Shown: positions 28,638 through 37,581, counted from the stretch's first letter. The stretch is DNA of 40,924 nt from Anaerolineales bacterium (GCA_041821665.1 JBGUDT010000003.1:71403-112326), one strand, 5' to 3'. Notes: a model not told the origin generated them from the letters alone. A program made the numbers and translations.

Positions 28638-31052
28638 ATGCGTGACTTGTCGATCCCAGCCAATGGTGCATACTCACTCCGGTTGAGTGCAGATGCAAGG
28701 TTGTCTTCCACCGATTACCTCAATGATCAAATCTGGGAGCTTATTCTGGGTGACACAGAACCACCTTCAATGGCGCTCCAGACGAGCTATGGTCTGCGGG
28801 CAAAAAAAATGATGATCTTCCCAGGATTCAGCTGGGGGACAAAAAGTGTGACCAACCCTCAGCAATTTACAGAGCCTCCCGTGGTTCGAACTGCGCTGTC
28901 GAATTATGCACGTCTCACACTTAAACCCTTTGATGAGCTTGAAGTTACAGCTGAGTATTGGATCCCGGACTCACACACAGCTGCAGGTCGAATAACAGTC
29001 CATCACCTCGGGGATGAGCCACGTGAGTTGTTTCTTCGTCTATTCACTGTGCTGCAGCCAGATGAAAATGGTCGTGTCATGGGTGCGGCAAACCATGCAG
29101 GGGTAATTGTTCTCGAGGGGGCTACCGGGGGTTTGGCGCCCGTATTGTTCTTGAGCGGCGGGGCAACTGTGGTTCAAGCTGCCTACCCCGCCGTGGGCGT
29201 TCAACAAATATTCGCGCCTGGTGTTAGCCGATCATGGACCTGGGTGTTGGCTAGCGAATCCAACAAGGAACAATCGTTCCAAAGGTGCAAGGAAATAGTC
29301 GGGGGTTCCTGGGATTCGGAAATCGCACGGGTCAGCTTGAAGAATGGATCTCTCATAGATATCGAAACAGGAAATCCCGAATGGGACGCAGCTTTCTGGA
29401 TGTCTCAAAAAGCCGTCCTGGGGAGTTCCCTCAGCCCAACGAAATCGCTTCCCCATCCTTCACTCGTGCAAAGCAGAATACCAGATAAGGGCTTTTCTTC
29501 AACCCTTCATGGCGAGGATTATCCCTCATCCTGGAGCGGACAGACCGCACATGAAGTCTTTCTTCCGCTCATGAACATCATCCCAGTCGAGCCTGAGTTC
29601 GCAAAAGGGGTAATTAGAAATTTCATACACGTCCAGGAGATGAATGGCTCCATCGATTGGAAACCTGGATTAGGCGGCCAACGAAATGGCGCATTATGTA
29701 CACCATTTCTAGCCGAAATTGCCTGGAGAATTTATCAACATTCTGAAGATAGAGAATTCCTCCAGGAGGTTCATGATCCCATCTATAAATTTTTCAAAAC
29801 TTGGTTTACGCAGCGGCATGATCGCGATGGTGATGGATTTCCTGAGTGGGATCATTCCCTGCAGTCTGGTTACGACGACTGGCCTCTATTTGCCCGCTGG
29901 ACAACCTGGGGGTGTGGCTTGGATATCTCGACGGCCGAGACATCCGATCTGGGAGCCTATCTATTCAAGGAATGCAATTCCCTGGCAGCCATGGCGTCTG
30001 AGCTAGAAAAGCATGAGCATCTCGAATGGCTGAACGCTCGAGCGGACATCTTGAGGGAATCTATCGAGGCAAGCTGGGGTGATGAGAGCCATTGCTATCA
30101 ACATGTCGATCGCGATATTCACAATTCACCCCAAGGTGAGATGTTGGGACATGGCGAGGGAACATTTGATTTAGAACTTGACCGCACTTTTGAGAATCCC
30201 GTTCGTGTGTATCTAAGATTTCGAGGTGAGCGCGACGGTGCGAAATCGATGAAGGTCAATATCCATACACGCGGTCCAAGAGGGGGAAAGCGAGTTGAGC
30301 GCCTCACTGCGAAAATGCTGGCGTGGTATTGGGAACTAGGAACAGTCACATCCGCAGGGGGGATGCGCGTTATCGACCGAATTGAGATCCGTGGGGTACG
30401 TGACGATATACAAACAGAAATCTGGATAGCCGATTACGCTCGTAGGGATTTGTCCAATCTCCTGCCTCTTTGGGCGGGTATTCCGGATGATAAAAGAGCC
30501 GATCTCCTTGTTAAAAGGACACTTCTCGATCCAAAATCATTTTGGCGGATGCATGGTCTCCCCCGCAGCCCTGCGACGGACCCCGCCTATGTATCTGATC
30601 GTGAGGACGGTTCCGGGGGGGTATCGATACTCTGGAACTCGATGATCGGCGAGGGTTTGCTTGAATACGGATTTCACGCAGAAGCTGCCGAGTTAGTCAC
30701 TCGTCTGATGTCTTCTATCGTCCACCAGTTAAAAATGGGCCATAGCTTTCGCGAGAGATATGATCCTGATGGGCAGATTGGATATGGTGAACGTGATCAT
30801 CTGGCTGGGATTGCACCTCTGGACTTATTCCTCCGCTCCCTCGGTGTAAGATTAATATCGCCACGGAAGGTATGGGTGTGCGCAGCAAATCCCTATCCAT
30901 GGCCGGTTGCCGTCCGTTGGAGAGGTCTTGAAATTCTCTGTGAGTTCGATAAAACCATTGTTGTCTTTCCCGACGGGGGCGTGGTTGAAATTCGTGACAA
31001 CGAACCGACATTGGTTGAGCAGTTGGACGAAAGAATTCAACTGGGCGAATAA
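28638..31052 (+). CDS. (alpha/alpha)6 glycoside hydrolase (GH63/MGH1 or amylo-1,6-glucosidase-like)
   Basis: D.EFLQEV, RHDRDGDGFPEW, SGYDDWP, N.MIGEGLLEYG, FRERYDP. Confidence 0.75.
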   Translation: MRDLSIPANGAYSLRLSADARLSSTDYLNDQIWELILGDTEPPSMALQTSYGLRAKKMMIFPGFSWGTKSVTNPQQFTEPPVVRTALSNYARLTLKPFDELEVTAEYWIPDSHTAAGRITVHHLGDEPRELFLRLFTVLQPDENGRVMGAANHAGVIVLEGATGGLAPVLFLSGGATVVQAAYPAVGVQQIFAPGVSRSWTWVLASESNKEQSFQRCKEIVGGSWDSEIARVSLKNGSLIDIETGNPEWDAAFWMSQKAVLGSSLSPTKSLPHPSLVQSRIPDKGFSSTLHGEDYPSSWSGQTAHEVFLPLMNIIPVEPEFAKGVIRNFIHVQEMNGSIDWKPGLGGQRNGALCTPFLAEIAWRIYQHSEDREFLQEVHDPIYKFFKTWFTQRHDRDGDGFPEWDHSLQSGYDDWPLFARWTTWGCGLDISTAETSDLGAYLFKECNSLAAMASELEKHEHLEWLNARADILRESIEASWGDESHCYQHVDRDIHNSPQGEMLGHGEGTFDLELDRTFENPVRVYLRFRGERDGAKSMKVNIHTRGPRGGKRVERLTAKMLAWYWELGTVTSAGGMRVIDRIEIRGVRDDIQTEIWIADYARRDLSNLLPLWAGIPDDKRADLLVKRTLLDPKSFWRMHGLPRSPATDPAYVSDREDGSGGVSILWNSMIGEGLLEYGFHAEAAELVTRLMSSIVHQLKMGHSFRERYDPDGQIGYGERDHLAGIAPLDLFLRSLGVRLISPRKVWVCAANPYPWPVAVRWRGLEILCEFDKTIVVFPDGGVVEIRDNEPTLVEQLDERIQLGE

Positions 31053-31343
31053 GTTTCGATTGAAAACGATGCAATTGATAGTGGACGAGTAGCCCCTCAT
31101 TATTGTGTTGGAGCAGATTAAGAGCAGATCATCCCACCTCCCCATCCATCCTCCTCCTAACAGGTACTCCCAGCGGCGAGATGATATATCCTAGAGCAAA
31201 CATCATTTCAAGAAAGTGAATCGGAGCGGGATGTCACAACACGTATTCATGCGCACCGATTATGAGAATAAGTCAGAATTCCTTGTTGTCTGCTGCACAG
31301 ATGAATGCCAAGTGGGGCATGGGGGTGGAAACCCCCATACGAA

Positions 31344-31380
31344 CTTTTTCCTTGGAAGATCTCCTGCGGGGTTCTTCACT
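31344..31380 (-). repeat. Intergenic repeat, copy 1
   Basis: Reverse complement AGTGAAGAACCCCGCAGGAGATCTTCCAAGGAAAAAG matches 36491-36527 at 36/37 positions. Confidence 0.9.
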
Positions 31381-31461
31381 CTATGCATCATGCCCTTTGG
31401 CATGTATCTAAGGTGAACCTGGCATTAAGATTGACGAAGCCCAAAAATAGCTTCAGGAACA

Positions 31462-32046
31462 TTATCGATCTAGTGGTTCTCGGCTGAAGCTTTCGACATT
31501 GTAAGTAAGAATCTCTAGCTCCTCGGAGCGCCAGGCGTCCTGGGGCAAATTTGCCTTGAGACATAATCTCGATAAAAAGTCTTCAGCGTCCTCAACTTTT
31601 TTCCATACCTGCGGCAGGAACGTCGCCCTTCGGACCCCTTTCTTCACGATGACGCCGTCGACCCCCGGCTTCAGGCGATTAAGTAGGTCTTCTGATGAGT
31701 TGTACAGCAATATCTCAGGGGTTGTGAGCACAGATACTTCTGTCTCAATCAGATCAATTTCTTCAAGAGTGACCGTCGGGAAGCGGGGGTCGCGCAGTGC
31801 AGCCGAGGAGGCGTTCTTGGTCACATCCTCGGCGAGTGGAAGCTTGGCTTCGATTGTCCCCATACAGCCGCGCAATTGCCCCCCGATGTTCAGAGTAACA
31901 AAAGATGCGCCGGGTTCAGTGAGTCGTGGTGGGAGAGCTGTATGATCAATGGAGGGTAGCGAACCTTCGCCAACAGAAGCCACGATTGCCGCATTGGCAA
32001 GGTTGAGCAAGATATCTCGTTCCTCTGAACGCAATCCTATGGACAT
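31462..32046 (-). CDS. amrA: AmmeMemoRadiSam system protein A (AMMECR1 domain)
   Basis: ASFVTL, LRGCMGT, DPRFP, EVSVLT, ATFLPQVW, LCLKA; start moved to MSIGLR. Confidence 0.9.
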   Translation of the reverse strand: MSIGLRSEERDILLNLANAAIVASVGEGSLPSIDHTALPPRLTEPGASFVTLNIGGQLRGCMGTIEAKLPLAEDVTKNASSAALRDPRFPTVTLEEIDLIETEVSVLTTPEILLYNSSEDLLNRLKPGVDGVIVKKGVRRATFLPQVWKKVEDAEDFLSRLCLKANLPQDAWRSEELEILTYNVESFSREPLDR

Positions 32047-32194
32047 ATCGTCATCTTCTAGGACACCAACGGTATCACTTGAAGTATAGCAGAGCGTGGT
32101 GATGGTTTCATTTGGTGGGTGTATGGAGAGAAATGTTGGATATTTCAAACTCGTGCATACGTTAAACCCTGAGCTAACAGGGGTTATTCACGAA

Positions 32195-33127
32195 TCATGA
32201 TATGTGAGTATTCGATATCGCAGCTAGTATGGCCGGAGCGAAATCGGTGAGATCTTTCAAATTCTTTGAAAATTGGTCACGGGCATCGGCTGGTCCCACA
32301 AGCAAGGCCGGAACGAGATTGCGGGTATGTCCACGGATGCTGAGATTTTCCATGTTCCCATGGTCCGATGTAAGCACGATGAGATCTTCCCGTTCCTCCC
32401 AGGCTTTGAGAAGACCTCCCAGCATATCGTCAAACGCCTCCAGCAAATCAACCGCATCCGCCATGGATCCCTTGTGCCCGGCGATATCACTGGGCCAGAA
32501 ATCGAACCATGTAAGGTCATACGCTTCCGAGATTTCAGCGAGCATCAAACCGGCTTCATGCGATTTATATACAGGCGCAGGGGGAAAATCTGGCTGAGCG
32601 ACCCATCCCTCCCCGGTGAAATCCACGGACATGGCTCTTCCTTCTTGTAAGTCTTCCGCGGTCATGAGATCGATTCCTGCCGCAGTGACGGCAAGCGGGA
32701 TTGCCGAGTACAGCCGCCGACCAGAATCAATCATTTCAAAATAGCGTGGCGGGTAAGCATTGAGTAGAGCGGCCTTACCACCTTGCTTGGTGACGGCGTC
32801 AAAAATGTTCGATTCCTTGAGAATGGAAGCGATGGGGGGATTTGGTTTTGGACCGTAATGTCCCCCGGTCTCTGCAGGAACGTTGCGACCGGTGAGAAGC
32901 GCTGCCTGACCAGATGCTGATTGCGGAGCACCGTCGACTCCTAGGCATGCGTCCACACCCAGCAATGTCGCTTGGGCGCCATCGTAGGGTACAGATTCCA
33001 TGGTGACAGTCCTGCCCTCAAGGATACCTTTGAGATTGGGCATTCTCGCCACGGCGAAAGGATTATGCGCAGAATCTTTCGGACCCAGACCGATGCCATC
33101 GATGAAGAGGAAAAGCACCCGTGTCAT
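32195..33127 (-). CDS. Alkaline-phosphatase-superfamily metalloenzyme (phosphomutase-like)
   Basis: FIDGIG, PQSASGQ, DIAGH, TSDHGN, HTRN.VP; ATGA overlap with the upstream MTase. Confidence 0.85.
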   Translation of the reverse strand: MTRVLFLFIDGIGLGPKDSAHNPFAVARMPNLKGILEGRTVTMESVPYDGAQATLLGVDACLGVDGAPQSASGQAALLTGRNVPAETGGHYGPKPNPPIASILKESNIFDAVTKQGGKAALLNAYPPRYFEMIDSGRRLYSAIPLAVTAAGIDLMTAEDLQEGRAMSVDFTGEGWVAQPDFPPAPVYKSHEAGLMLAEISEAYDLTWFDFWPSDIAGHKGSMADAVDLLEAFDDMLGGLLKAWEEREDLIVLTSDHGNMENLSIRGHTRNLVPALLVGPADARDQFSKNLKDLTDFAPAILAAISNTHIS

Positions 33128-33687
33128 GCAGATTTCCGGGTGAATGTGAAGTATGCGGATTGTCTCGAACCATCCGTGCCGTGTTGTGTGGCAGTGAGGT
33201 CGAAGTCTAACGAGAATGTCTTCAGGATCTTATCCTCTGCGGGTATGCCGTCATCAGTGTTTGTTAGCCAGCTATAGAGCAGGTAGCTTCCACCAGGATG
33301 CACAACGCGCGAGATGGAGTTTTTATATTCCACTCTCTTATCCTCGTCGAGGTTATGAAAACAACCGATATCAAGGGCAAGATCAAAAGGCCCCGTGATC
33401 CCTTCGAGCCGGCTGACATCACCACGCTGCAAGTTCACGCTCACGCCTGCGGCTTTCGTTTTTTGTCTCGCCTGTCGGATGGCAAGGTAGGAGACATCGA
33501 TGCCCATGACGTCCCAACCCCGACTTGCAATCGTAATCAGGTTAGTGCCGGTGCCGCAGCCGAGGTCGATCGCCCGACCGGCATGATGTTGATCAAGGTG
33601 TGCGATCAGCTCAGGTGGGGAGATACCCGTATCCCACCTGGGAGATCCGAGCAGGTATTGGAGTTCGAAAAGGGCTCGGGAAATCAC
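33124..33687 (-). CDS. Class I SAM methyltransferase (TPMT/thiol-MTase-like)
   Basis: PRWDTGISPPEL, DLGCGTG, GIDVS, DIGCFH; start set at GTG 33687, a GTGA overlap with the thioredoxin stop. Confidence 0.85.
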   Translation of the reverse strand: MISRALFELQYLLGSPRWDTGISPPELIAHLDQHHAGRAIDLGCGTGTNLITIASRGWDVMGIDVSYLAIRQARQKTKAAGVSVNLQRGDVSRLEGITGPFDLALDIGCFHNLDEDKRVEYKNSISRVVHPGGSYLLYSWLTNTDDGIPAEDKILKTFSLDFDLTATQHGTDGSRQSAYFTFTRKSA

Positions 33688-34169
33688 TTCAGAGTTTCCA
33701 TGGTTTGACGCACGCGCTCGGGATCGACAGCCCCTGTCGTCTGCCATAGTTCCTCACCGGCGCCATCAATGAAAACGAACGTGGGTGTGTATTGGAAACC
33801 ATATTCTTTCATGAGATCGCGATTTTGCTCATCCTGCACATTGAGGTGGAGTATCAGGAGTTCGTTCTGAAACTCGATTTCCAGCCCATCCACGATGGGC
33901 TTTGCGGCCATACATGCCATTCAATATGGGCTTTGAAATTCGATGAGGATCGGCGTCCCGCTGCCAATTAACTCTCCGGGTGTCTCGTCATCTGAAAGTG
34001 TGGAGTCACCAGGATTGAACAGAATAATTGCAACGGCGACCCCGAGAAGAAGCGCAGCCAGGGCAATGAGCTCTCGCTGCCCCAGACCATTTCGCAAGAA
34101 GTAAACGAGCAAAACGAAGAATATGATGATGGCCATCAAGGCGAAGGAGTACTGATTGATGAATTGCAT
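33684..34169 (-). CDS. Membrane-anchored thioredoxin-fold protein with in-frame UGA (probable selenoprotein, UxxC)
   Basis: ORFs 33921..34169 and 33684..33920 are contiguous and in frame: ILIEFQSPY-(TGA)-MACMAAKPIV...YTPTFVF; two N-terminal TM helices; RBS GAGG before ATG 34169. Confidence 0.85.
33881..33907 (-). promoter_or_regulatory. Putative bacterial SECIS element
   Basis: Perfect stem AGCCCATC-GTG-GATGGGCT starting 20 nt after the UGA; G-initiated loop ~27 nt downstream. Confidence 0.7.
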
Positions 34170-34192
34170 CGTAACCTCACGAGCTTTACATG

Positions 34193-34201
34193 ATTCTATC
34201 A
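34193..34201 (-). promoter_or_regulatory. Extended -10 promoter of the thioredoxin operon
   Basis: TG-A-TAGAAT about 24 nt upstream of the ATG. Confidence 0.5.
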
Positions 34202-34277
34202 CCTTCCAAACCCTTGCCAGCGAAGAGGGTGAGAGTGAAGAAAATGTATTAAAATGTAATCGATTAAGTGAAAGTCT

Positions 34278-34306
34278 TTGACAAGGACCACCTCCTCCTT
34301 TACAAT
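34278..34306 (+). promoter_or_regulatory. Sigma70 promoter of EF-G2
   Basis: TTGACA-N17-TACAAT. Confidence 0.8.
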
Positions 34307-34344
34307 CGACAAATCTCAATTCACCAGCGAAGGATCCCCATTAA

Positions 34345-36420
34345 ATGAAAGAATACGCAACCGATTCGCTCCGCAACGTCGCGCTTGTATCCCACGGCGG
34401 TGCAGGAAAAACAATCTTGGGTGAAGCCATGCTCTTTTCGACAGGCGTCACCACAAGAATGGGTAAGATCGACGAAGGTAACACTGTATCCGATTTTGAA
34501 GACGAGGAAATCCGAAGGGATTTGTCCCTTTCAACGGCGATTCTCCCGGTAGAGTATCGTGATAAAAAGATCAATGTGCTCGACACGCCAGGCTACACTG
34601 ACTTTGTGGGCGAGGTTATCTCAGCATTAAGTGTCGCAGATGGCGCCATTGTCCTGGTCGAATCCGTAGCGGGGATCGAGGTCGGCACAGAGATCGTCTG
34701 GGAGTATTGCGATAAATTTAAACTTCCTCGTTTCGTGGTCATCAGTAAGTTAGATCGTGAGAACGCGAATTTCCAAGCGGTTCTAAATTCTTTGAGTCAA
34801 TTATCGGTGGACACTACATTCATTCCGGTCCAGCTGCCATTGGGCGAGAAGCAGGATTTCAAGGGTGTCATCGATTTGTTCAGTATGAAGGCTCGGCCTG
34901 GACAAGGTAAGGATGCAGAAGCCATCCCCGACGAGTACACCGATGTCGCCGAGGAGGCGCGTGTCAACCTCGTCGAAGCTGCGGCTGAAGGAGATGACGA
35001 CTTACTTGAAAAATATTTGAATGGTGATGAACTCTCCGCTCAGGAAGTGGCTGATGGCTTTAAATCTGCTGTACAGTCGGGACAGTTTGTGCCCGTGTTT
35101 GTGAATGCGGCTCATGATGCGACAGGTGTTTTCCCCCTACTGGATGCCATCGTCGATCTGATTCCGTCTCCCTCAGATGTAGCACCCATTGAAGCAGGAG
35201 GTGCATCGGGCACCGAAGAACTGGTGGCGTCCGATGCGGGTCCGCTGGCAGCCTATGTTTGGAAAACGACTGCTGATCCATATGTCGGGAAAATCACTTA
35301 CATGCGTGTGGTTTCTGGAACCTTATCATCGGACAGTCGTGTCTGGAACCACAGCCGGGACACCGAAGAACGATTCGGCACACTACACCTGATGCGGGGC
35401 AAGGAACAGCTTCCTGTTTCCACCTTGCATGCGGGGGATATCGGCATTATCGCGAAGTTAAGCGAGACCGAAACCGGGGATACGCTTGGGGATAAGGGAC
35501 ATCCCGTGACAATTACTCCTCCGGAGTATCCCAATGCGCTCTTCTCGGTGGCGGTCCATCCAAAGACTCAGGCAGATGCGACCAAGATCAGTCCATCATT
35601 GACGCGGCTTTCGGAAGAGGATCCTACGCTCTCGTGGCATCAGGAACCGAGCACGAACCAGACGATTCTCCAGGGCATGGGAGATCAACATATCGATGTG
35701 GCTATCCGAAAAGCAGAATCAAAGTTCCAGGTTGGTCTCACCACCGAAATTCCAAAAGTTCCCTATCGCGAGACAATTACCAAAGAAGGCCACGCCCAAT
35801 ATCGCCACAAGAAGCAGACCGGGGGCGCCGGGCAATTTGCCGAGGTGCACCTTACGGTCGAGCCGCTTGAGGATGAGGACTTCGAGTTTGTGAACAAAGT
35901 ATTCGGTGGATCCATATCACAGGGGTATATGCCCGCAATCGAGAAGGGTGTGCTTGGAGTGATGAAGCAGGGGGTTGTAGCCGGATACCCGCTTGAGAAT
36001 GTGCGTGTCCTCGTGACAGACGGCAAGGAGCATCCAGTAGACTCTAAGGCGGTCGCCTTTGAGACTGCTGGTCGGGAAGCTTTTAAATTGGCTGTAAGAC
36101 AGGCCTCACCGGTGATGTTGGAACCGATCATGGATTTACGCATAACTGTGCCGGAAGCAAACATGGGCGATGTCCTGGGAGATCTCAATACACGTCGGGC
36201 TCGGGTCCAGGGCATGGAAAGCGACCGTGGGAAGAGCGTGGTGACCGCCCAGGTGCCTATGGGGGAGATTCAGCGCTACACCACAGATATCCGATCAATG
36301 ACAGGAGGGCGAGGGTTGTTCTCCATGTCCCTCAGTCATTATGAGGTCGTACCTGCACATGTCACGGAAGCGATCATCGCCGCGAGAGATAAAGAACTCA
36401 GCAAGCAGGAAAGCGAATGA
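34345..36420 (+). CDS. fusA: Elongation factor G paralog (EF-G2 type)
   Basis: Full-length EF-G architecture (KKQTGGAGQFA, H.VDS, YTTDIRSMTGGRG); divergent G-domain (HGGAGKT, RDLSL, DTPGY, SKLD); not in the str operon. Confidence 0.93.
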   Translation: MKEYATDSLRNVALVSHGGAGKTILGEAMLFSTGVTTRMGKIDEGNTVSDFEDEEIRRDLSLSTAILPVEYRDKKINVLDTPGYTDFVGEVISALSVADGAIVLVESVAGIEVGTEIVWEYCDKFKLPRFVVISKLDRENANFQAVLNSLSQLSVDTTFIPVQLPLGEKQDFKGVIDLFSMKARPGQGKDAEAIPDEYTDVAEEARVNLVEAAAEGDDDLLEKYLNGDELSAQEVADGFKSAVQSGQFVPVFVNAAHDATGVFPLLDAIVDLIPSPSDVAPIEAGGASGTEELVASDAGPLAAYVWKTTADPYVGKITYMRVVSGTLSSDSRVWNHSRDTEERFGTLHLMRGKEQLPVSTLHAGDIGIIAKLSETETGDTLGDKGHPVTITPPEYPNALFSVAVHPKTQADATKISPSLTRLSEEDPTLSWHQEPSTNQTILQGMGDQHIDVAIRKAESKFQVGLTTEIPKVPYRETITKEGHAQYRHKKQTGGAGQFAEVHLTVEPLEDEDFEFVNKVFGGSISQGYMPAIEKGVLGVMKQGVVAGYPLENVRVLVTDGKEHPVDSKAVAFETAGREAFKLAVRQASPVMLEPIMDLRITVPEANMGDVLGDLNTRRARVQGMESDRGKSVVTAQVPMGEIQRYTTDIRSMTGGRGLFSMSLSHYEVVPAHVTEAIIAARDKELSKQESE

Positions 36421-36439
36421 CCTGCTAGAATTAATCAGT

Positions 36440-36471
36440 AGCGGGCCGGGATCACCGGCCCGTTTTTGTTT
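36440..36471 (+). terminator. Intrinsic terminator after EF-G2
   Basis: GCGGGCCGG-GATCA-CCGGCCCGT then TTTTGTTT. Confidence 0.85.
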
Positions 36472-36490
36472 CACAAATCTGAGAAATTCA

Positions 36491-36527
36491 AGTGAAGAAC
36501 CACGCAGGAGATCTTCCAAGGAAAAAG
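36491..36527 (+). repeat. Intergenic repeat, copy 2
   Basis: AGTGAAGAACCACGCAGGAGATCTTCCAAGGAAAAAG; see 31344-31380. Confidence 0.9.
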
Positions 36528-36614
36528 CCTATGGAGGTTGTCACGCTCAAAACCGCTTGCTATTCATTCCTGCAATGAGCTACAGGTTATTCTTGCTTTT
36601 TCCCATAAATAAGT

Positions 36615-36983
36615 ATGGTTGATCAATTTGAGCCCATCCGGTTCATTGCGGAGGAGATTGAGGTTCGCTATCGGGAAGGGCAGTCTCTTAGCAAAACCCC
36701 GGAACCGCCTGACGGGTTTCTCTGGAACGAAGAGGAATTCGTAGTGGTTGAAGTGCTGTCGGCTTGGACTGATTTTGAGCGCCGAGGCAGGATGAAGCGG
36801 AACATGAAACCACATAACTTTAGGGCGGCGGCACGTCGGGGTTCCTGGGGGGTGGGGCGTTTCTTCTTTCGGGTGCAAACTGAGGACAACCGTATCTTCG
36901 ACATCTATTACGACCGCGCGCCGGAGAATGCTTCCGATCGGAAAGGGCATTGGTTTCTATGGAGAGAAATGGCAGAGATCTGA
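36615..36983 (+). CDS. DUF6504-like protein
   Basis: P..F.W....F.V.EVL..W, FFRVQTED.RIFDIYYDR, WFL pattern; family recalled from memory. Confidence 0.7.
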   Translation: MVDQFEPIRFIAEEIEVRYREGQSLSKTPEPPDGFLWNEEEFVVVEVLSAWTDFERRGRMKRNMKPHNFRAAARRGSWGVGRFFFRVQTEDNRIFDIYYDRAPENASDRKGHWFLWREMAEI

Positions 36984-37155
36984 GCACAATCGGCATTCTA
37001 GTGTTTCTTGATGAACATCTTCCCAGATAATCTCTCGTTTCATACATTCAACCCATGAAGTAAATTACATGAAATCTATTAAAATACCTACCGAACCTAT
37101 TTTTGGTATGGGGGGGCGAATCGAAATTTCCAAGAAGGGAAATGAGTAAAATCAT

Positions 37156-37581
37156 ATGGATGAAGAATATAACATCGTCTACGTTGAGAAACCCGAAGAA
37201 TCTGCTTGGGGGATCATTGGACGAGGCGTTGGAAATTACAACAAACAGCAAGCAGGTGATAATAAATTTCAACGCCTATGTTTCGCTCTTCACGCGCCTG
37301 ACCAAGAAATTGTAGGAGGTGTGCTGGGCGAAGTATATTGGGAATGGTTGTATATAGATTTATTGTGGGTCATAGACGAACTTCGTGGTCTCGGATATGG
37401 GCATCGCCTTTTGACACTTGCTGAAAAGGAAGCACGGGGACGTGGTGCAAAGAATGCATATTTGGACACATTCAGTTTTCAGGCGCCAGACTTCTATAAA
37501 CAGCATGGCTATCAGGTTTTTGGCGAACTAAAAGATTTCCCTCCTGGGCACCAACGTTACTTTTATAAAAAACAACTTTAG
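37156..37581 (+). CDS. GNAT family N-acetyltransferase
   Basis: LYIDLLWV..ELRGLGYG, LDTFSFQAPDFYKQHGY. Confidence 0.92.
   Translation: MDEEYNIVYVEKPEESAWGIIGRGVGNYNKQQAGDNKFQRLCFALHAPDQEIVGGVLGEVYWEWLYIDLLWVIDELRGLGYGHRLLTLAEKEARGRGAKNAYLDTFSFQAPDFYKQHGYQVFGELKDFPPGHQRYFYKKQL

Noticed and set aside
33684-33920. Separate 78-aa ORF, plus 132-aa ORF 33921..34319
   Set aside because: Better explained as one UGA read-through gene; the track's start at 34319 overlaps the EF-G2 promoter.
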